Assembly: GCF_000143415.4 (NCBI RefSeq)
Contig: NW_003314364.1
Span: 62,001 to 126,000, forward strand
Direction: 5' to 3'
Source of the DNA: Selaginella moellendorffii
Taxonomy: Eukaryota; Plantae; Lycopodiophyta
DNA length: 64,000 bases
Below, in pieces: positions 58,658-64,000 of the stretch (positions are counted from its first letter, which is position 1; each line of letters opens with the position of its first letter). A model generated the notes under the pieces. That model was not told the DNA's origin and made no database searches. It worked only from the letters and a program-made list of their open reading frames with translations. A program made the position numbers and the translations under genes.

Positions 58658-58793
58658 AGGGCCCTGCCCAGGGCCCAGCCCTACGACACATTAGGTGCAG
58701 AGGACGACACGGCTGGGGGAGTCAGGTCCGGTGGGACACGACCGGGGCGGAGGTAGGAGTCCCCGTGTGGGAGGCGCTTGGACATGCTCGATG
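58658..58793 (+). mobile_element. Fragment of LINE family 2
   Basis: About 90% identical by eye to the reverse complement of ~3199-3334. Cut by the LTR starting at 58792. Confidence 0.85.
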
Positions 58794-61700
58794 TGAGCGA
58801 CTAATTTTTCCATTTTACTTTAGTCACTTAACCACACCTCCGACCACTTGGAGGAGTCTCATTCACAACCTCCACAAGTCCCAGTTAGGACTTGGGGCTT
58901 GCTAGCCCCGAGAATGGCATCCATACCACTCAACCTTTGCACTTGGTCTAAGTGCTCCACGTGTCCGATCCCATGATCGACACCCGAAGGTATCACCGAC
59001 ATATCGGCCCGTTACGCTGAGGCCATACCTATTCACCTTGGTCACGCTGGTGGTCCAACACCACCTACATTGCAATCCTGTCTCTAATAGACTAGGCCAT
59101 CCATCCATGAGGGATCATCCCAGATCCACTCCTTAGCATCCTTAGGATGCTCGCAGACTTAGGGAATAACCTTCCCCAATATCTCTTTTCCGGTCCCCAC
59201 CAAGTCCCTCTTTGTCGATGGCCATGTTCACCAACACTGCCACTGGATCAAGGCCTGCAGGCCCGACCTCTAAGTCCAACTGTCCTCTGGGACTTCCTCA
59301 CTGGGTGACCGTGTCCTTTGTCACCACACCAGAGGGCTACTCCTCTTCCTTTTCACAACCTGGGACTTTGGGACCACATTTCGGAACACCGTGGCCTTAC
59401 GCGAGCCACCTGGGTACTCTCCCCACCTTTCGCCTTTAGGTGCTCTAGCCATGGGCTTAGAGCGAGGTTCCATTGAGCCACGCCTGGTATCCAAGTAGGT
59501 AGTGCCACCCACACTTGGACTAGGAGCATCGGCCAGTCGATCTCCCAGGGGAACTAGAGCCGGCTCTTGAACACTTCACCAAGCTACCCCGCTTGTCGGT
59601 TCGTATTCACTCTAGTCTTGGACTTCCCAGTGGGTAGCTCATCACCCAACACTGGGTCCGGCCTTCCTGGGCCAAACTGGCCTTTCCTGGCCAAACTGGC
59701 TCCACTGCAGACCTCCCCCTACTATACTTTTGGAGCTCACCAAACCCCCAGGGTCTGGGAGACGAACGCTTTGGGCTTTCACCCTCTCAGACTCGAACTT
59801 GGACTCGAACTCGGACTCGGACTCGGACTCGGCCTCTGCCTCGGCCTCGGTCTCGGTCTCGGGCCCGATCTCGATCTCGGTCTCGGTCTCAGTCCCGATC
59901 TCGGTCTCGGTCTCGACTTCGGACTCCATCTCGGGTCCATCTCGGACTCCATCTCGGGTCCATCTCGGACTCCATCTCGGGTCCATCTTGGACTCCATCT
60001 CGGGTCCCATCTCGGACTCCATCTCGGACTCCATCTCGGGTCCATCTCGGACTCCATCTCGAACTCCATCTTGGACTCCATCTCGGACTCCATCTCGGGT
60101 CCCATCTCGGACTCCATCTCGGGTCCATCTCGGACTCCATCTCGAACTCCATGTCGGGTCCATCTCGGACTCCATCTCGGGTCCCATCTCGGACTCCATC
60201 TCGGACTCCATCTCGAGTCCATCTCGGACTCCATCTCGGGTCCCATCTCGGACTCCATCTCGGACTCCATCTCAAGTCCATCTCGGACTCCATCTCGGGT
60301 CCATCTCGGACTCCATCTCGAACTCCATGTCGGGTCCATCTCGGACTCCATCTCGGGTCCCATCTCGGACTCCATCTCGGACTCCATCTCGAGTCCATCT
60401 CGGACTCCATCTCGGGTCCCATCTCGGACTCCATCTCGGACTCCATCTTAGGTCCATCTCGGACTCCATCTCGGGTCCATCTCGGACTCCATCTCAAACT
60501 CCATCTAGGGTCCATGTCGGACTCCATCTCGGACTCCACTTCGGACTCCAACTCGAGTCCATCTCGGACACTTCCACGTGTCATGTGTTGGCCCTTTTTG
60601 GAGCCTCGCTTATTGCTCGCTTCGTGCTCGTTCCTCGAGCACTTTGTTGGGAGTTCCACTCCTGCTCTTGACTTTTCAAGTCGGAGCTTTTGGTCCAAAC
60701 GTGTTACACTCGTTTGGCTCTCGCTTCGGCCACTACCACGTGGCGCCCTTCCGGCTCCACTTTGGGGCCTAGGGATTTTGTGTCTCACAACTCCACCACC
60801 CATAGACGAAGTTCGATGTCCTCATCGAACGGTAAACCATTTTATAAAGTAACACCTGCATGTGTTACCATTTCCATCCTTGGCACCTAACCAATATTTG
60901 TCAATAGTTTGACATTGAAGGCTCACCATGCCTTCTCCATATTCGTCAATGGTTTGACACCAAAGGCTCACTATGCCTTGCCCATCCTCTAAGGAGGGTA
61001 GTCTCTCCAACTTAGAGACTGATTGGACCACATGTAGTGGTTCTCTCCTTTTATTGGTTTAGTTCTCGCTAAACCTCTTAGAGACCCTTCTCTAAGTCAA
61101 TCCCACTACTCCTTCTCGAGTAGTCTCAATTTCCATCTATTGAACGTTTGCACCTTAGAACTTTTACTCTTTTGACTTTTTGGAAGTCAATTTCCTAGGT
61201 GTCTCCAACACCTTGCATTGCATAGCTTGTGCAACTCCAGTTCCCCATCCTAGGAAGTTCATTACTTGAGGGCACCATCATCCTCTCTTCTATTTCGTGC
61301 CACCTTGGGCACTAAGTTCCATTTATCATACTTTGTGCTAGGGCTGTCCATGGCCCTATCATTTGGCTACCTTACCGCTCCCTCCCTTGGAGCTTCCACT
61401 TTCGCCAAATCGGAGCAATTTGGAATCCATCCTTGGAAACACACTTCCTTTCCCGCAACTTGTTAGCGTCCAACACATTAGTGTTCCTTGCTTAACCTCG
61501 TCACTTGGATTCCTTCCAAGGGATTCCATGGCCCTATCTTGGCCACTCATCTTTTGCTCCTATCCTTGATTGTTGCACCAAGCAACCTCGAATCTCTACC
61601 TCCCTCCTTGAGGTATTCTTTTGATTCCATAGCAAAGGCTCTGCTTTGCCAAGACTAGGGTGTTCACCCCTAGTAAGTCTCTTTTAGCATCTTCTACTGT

Positions 61701-64000
61701 GGGCTCTATCCACGGCCCAACTTTGTGACCCTCCCATGGGTCTCTTTAGAGACTACTTTCCTTGGACACACTATGCCATCGCAATGATATAGCTCATTTC
61801 CCTAAGGTGCTTTTCCCACTTGGTCACCTTGACCAAGCCACACCATCATCAATAGTTCAAATCAACACTTTGAACTAGGAACCTTATTCCTTAACCCAAA
61901 CAAGGACCTTGTCCTTATTTAGCCACAAGATCACCTAGTGATCTCACCTCGGCACCTTAACAAGTTTGCCAATAGGTACTAGGTCTTCCAGACCTTTAAC
62001 TTGTTAACTACGACCCCGGGGGCATCCCCCACACTTGGCGGTGCGCCCAAGCCAGCCCTTCCGGCCAAGGGTCCATAGCAACTGAGATTGGGTGTCCCCA
62101 TCTCACTCACCACGTCCTTGGTGCCACTTGCACCAAAGCGTTCAAGTTAGATATGCTGAGCTTTCACACTAAGCAATCTAACCGTGCATCACGACTCCGA
62201 GGCATCCCTCGCTTGGCGGTGTGCCCAAACCAGTCTCCCCACTGACAGTCCATGACCACCGAAATATGAGTGTCCTCATATTCCAAACCATCACCACGCC
62301 CTAGTGATTTGGGACTCGAACCCAAGCACTAGAGGGTCGGGACTCGAACCCAACCTCCGTATATGCATATACGGACGGCATCACACAAGATGCCTGGCGT
62401 GACTCCCCACGCCGGTGCACCAACTTATATTTAAAGCGCGCTATAGATCACAGCTTAGGAACCTAATTCCTCCCCACTGCCAAGTCCTCTCACTTGACAA
62501 GCCTGTGATCATGCATGGACTCCTCCATGCTTGGCCCCATGGCCCACCCTTTTTGAAGTTATCACCTTCAATTAGGGTATTTGTTCCCCTGACTTGCCAA
62601 TCTCGCTTTGGCAAGTCCTCTGACCACTGTAACATGGTTCCTGCACAAGCGTGAAAGCCCTTGATCACCGACTTTCGTTCAAAGCCCTCTCTTTGAACAC
62701 TCGGGAACTTCTTCCCTAACCTTGATAGCCTTGCCTCATGGCAAGCTTCAAGACCACGCTTCTGCTGCGCCACTCTGATTTCGCGCGTTCCTTGAACCAT
62801 TTACGCTTGGCCTTTCTAGGTACTAAGCTACCTAGAATCATCTTTGGGAACCTTGAAGGAACTCTGTCCCTTAGCTTGCTAAAGCCTCCCTTTTTGCAAG
62901 CTTTCCAATTACTATATAGTCTAACATGGACAATTCCATGTTTTAGACTCTCCATGGCATCACGGTTGCTAGCGGCAACACCCTCGAGCCCCCACTTCAT
63001 TCTCCACTCCCAGTTGGCATAACCAACCTTGGTTATGCCCTTCGATTCCTATGGTTCGGTTCTATCCCCTTACTTCTTGCTTTTGGCTTCACATCTTTCC
63101 TTCAGTCATTCTCCTCTAGACTAGGAGGATAGCTTTGCACTTTCTATCATGCCTTAGCAAGTATTTTTAAGGATGAACCTACCCAATAGCCCAGGGACTG
63201 GTTCCTCAATCCGGGTATGCTCACCTTATAATCCCACACACTGGGATTACATTGTTGCTTATGGGCCTTTACATGCCCATCACTAGCCTTGCCAAAATTC
63301 CATTTTTTGGCTTTGTCCAACTCGGGTAGACAGTCTTCTTCTGTCTCCGCAACCTTGGACATTTGGATAGCACCTTCTATCCATCATTTGTTAGGGACTT
63401 AGTCCCTTGGGCTTCATCCATTGCCCTCGCGATATCAAACACCACCTTCTGGTGTTCTAGAGTGTTCGGGTGTCTCAATGATGGCTTTCTTGACAATGAG
63501 TATTTCCTTTTATGACATTGACTTACTATATCGCAACATAAGCAACTTATCCCCCGTAAGGGTATATCCAACTTCCCTATGCTATTAAGAAGTCTTAGGT
63601 AGCTATCTTCTACCCGTTTAACCAGTTATTTTGCACCTCTTGCTTAGTTGCGTTATAGTTGTCAAGTCCTACAACTCATTGCTTGGTGCTTCCACACCTC
63701 CATCATTATTTGGGTCACCACACTCCAATTGCATGCTCTGCAGCTTAGGCTATGCCATTCCCATTTCCATTGGGATTCCTTTGGCAAGGGGTTCTCATGA
63801 ACCCACCAACATAGCCTCAAGGTATCACACCTTGGCACATTTGGTGTCTCCACACCATCGGCTCCACGAGCCTACCTCTATGACACTTCCCCTTTGTGTC
63901 TACGTCTTTGCCAAGACCAACACCGCTCTTTCTCATGCTAACCATCCGTTAGCACTGCACCATAGATGTCACACACAACTTTGTGTCAAAGTTGTTTTCT
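58792..64000 (-). mobile_element. Fourth family C element, inverted: 3' LTR 58792-60789, PPT and interior to the window end
   Basis: Reverse complement of LTR C. PPT complement actccaccaccc at 60790-60801. Confidence 0.88.

Overview
Plant nuclear DNA, most likely the spike moss Selaginella. This is inferred from the divergent land-plant rRNA, TTTAGGG repeats, ~50-nt introns and an rDNA-inserted Chlamys-type Penelope-like element (PLE). The core is one complete minus-strand 45S rDNA unit: 18S 31311-33120, 5.8S ~30833-30993, and a 26S gene split into three pieces (29555-30662, 17207-18512, 6635-7613). The 26S is interrupted at two sites by elements inserted antisense to the rRNA. One site holds a full-length L1/Tx1-like LINE plus a 1.15-kb non-coding element. 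The other holds a partial-tandem PLE (pseudo-LTR plus two 5237-bp units). The spacer holds subrepeats, a 5'-truncated second LINE family and a Ty3/Gypsy element (family A). From 35.4 kb onward the window is a nested stack of a non-autonomous LTR family (C), a chromovirus (B), a solo LTR and a LINE fragment. Main leads: (1) a bipartite module GGGTGAAAGCCCAAAGCG-N41-43-ATAGTRGGG shared by rDNA spacer repeats and all three LTR families, resembling a Pol I start site; (2) two GT-AG introns inside the chromovirus integrase; (3) the 3' half of 5S rRNA embedded in ITS1; (4) the PLE carries a copy of its own rDNA target at every unit boundary, and possibly a DRID/HNH-type nuclease; (5) telomeric repeats captured at the 5' junction of two independent LINE insertions.
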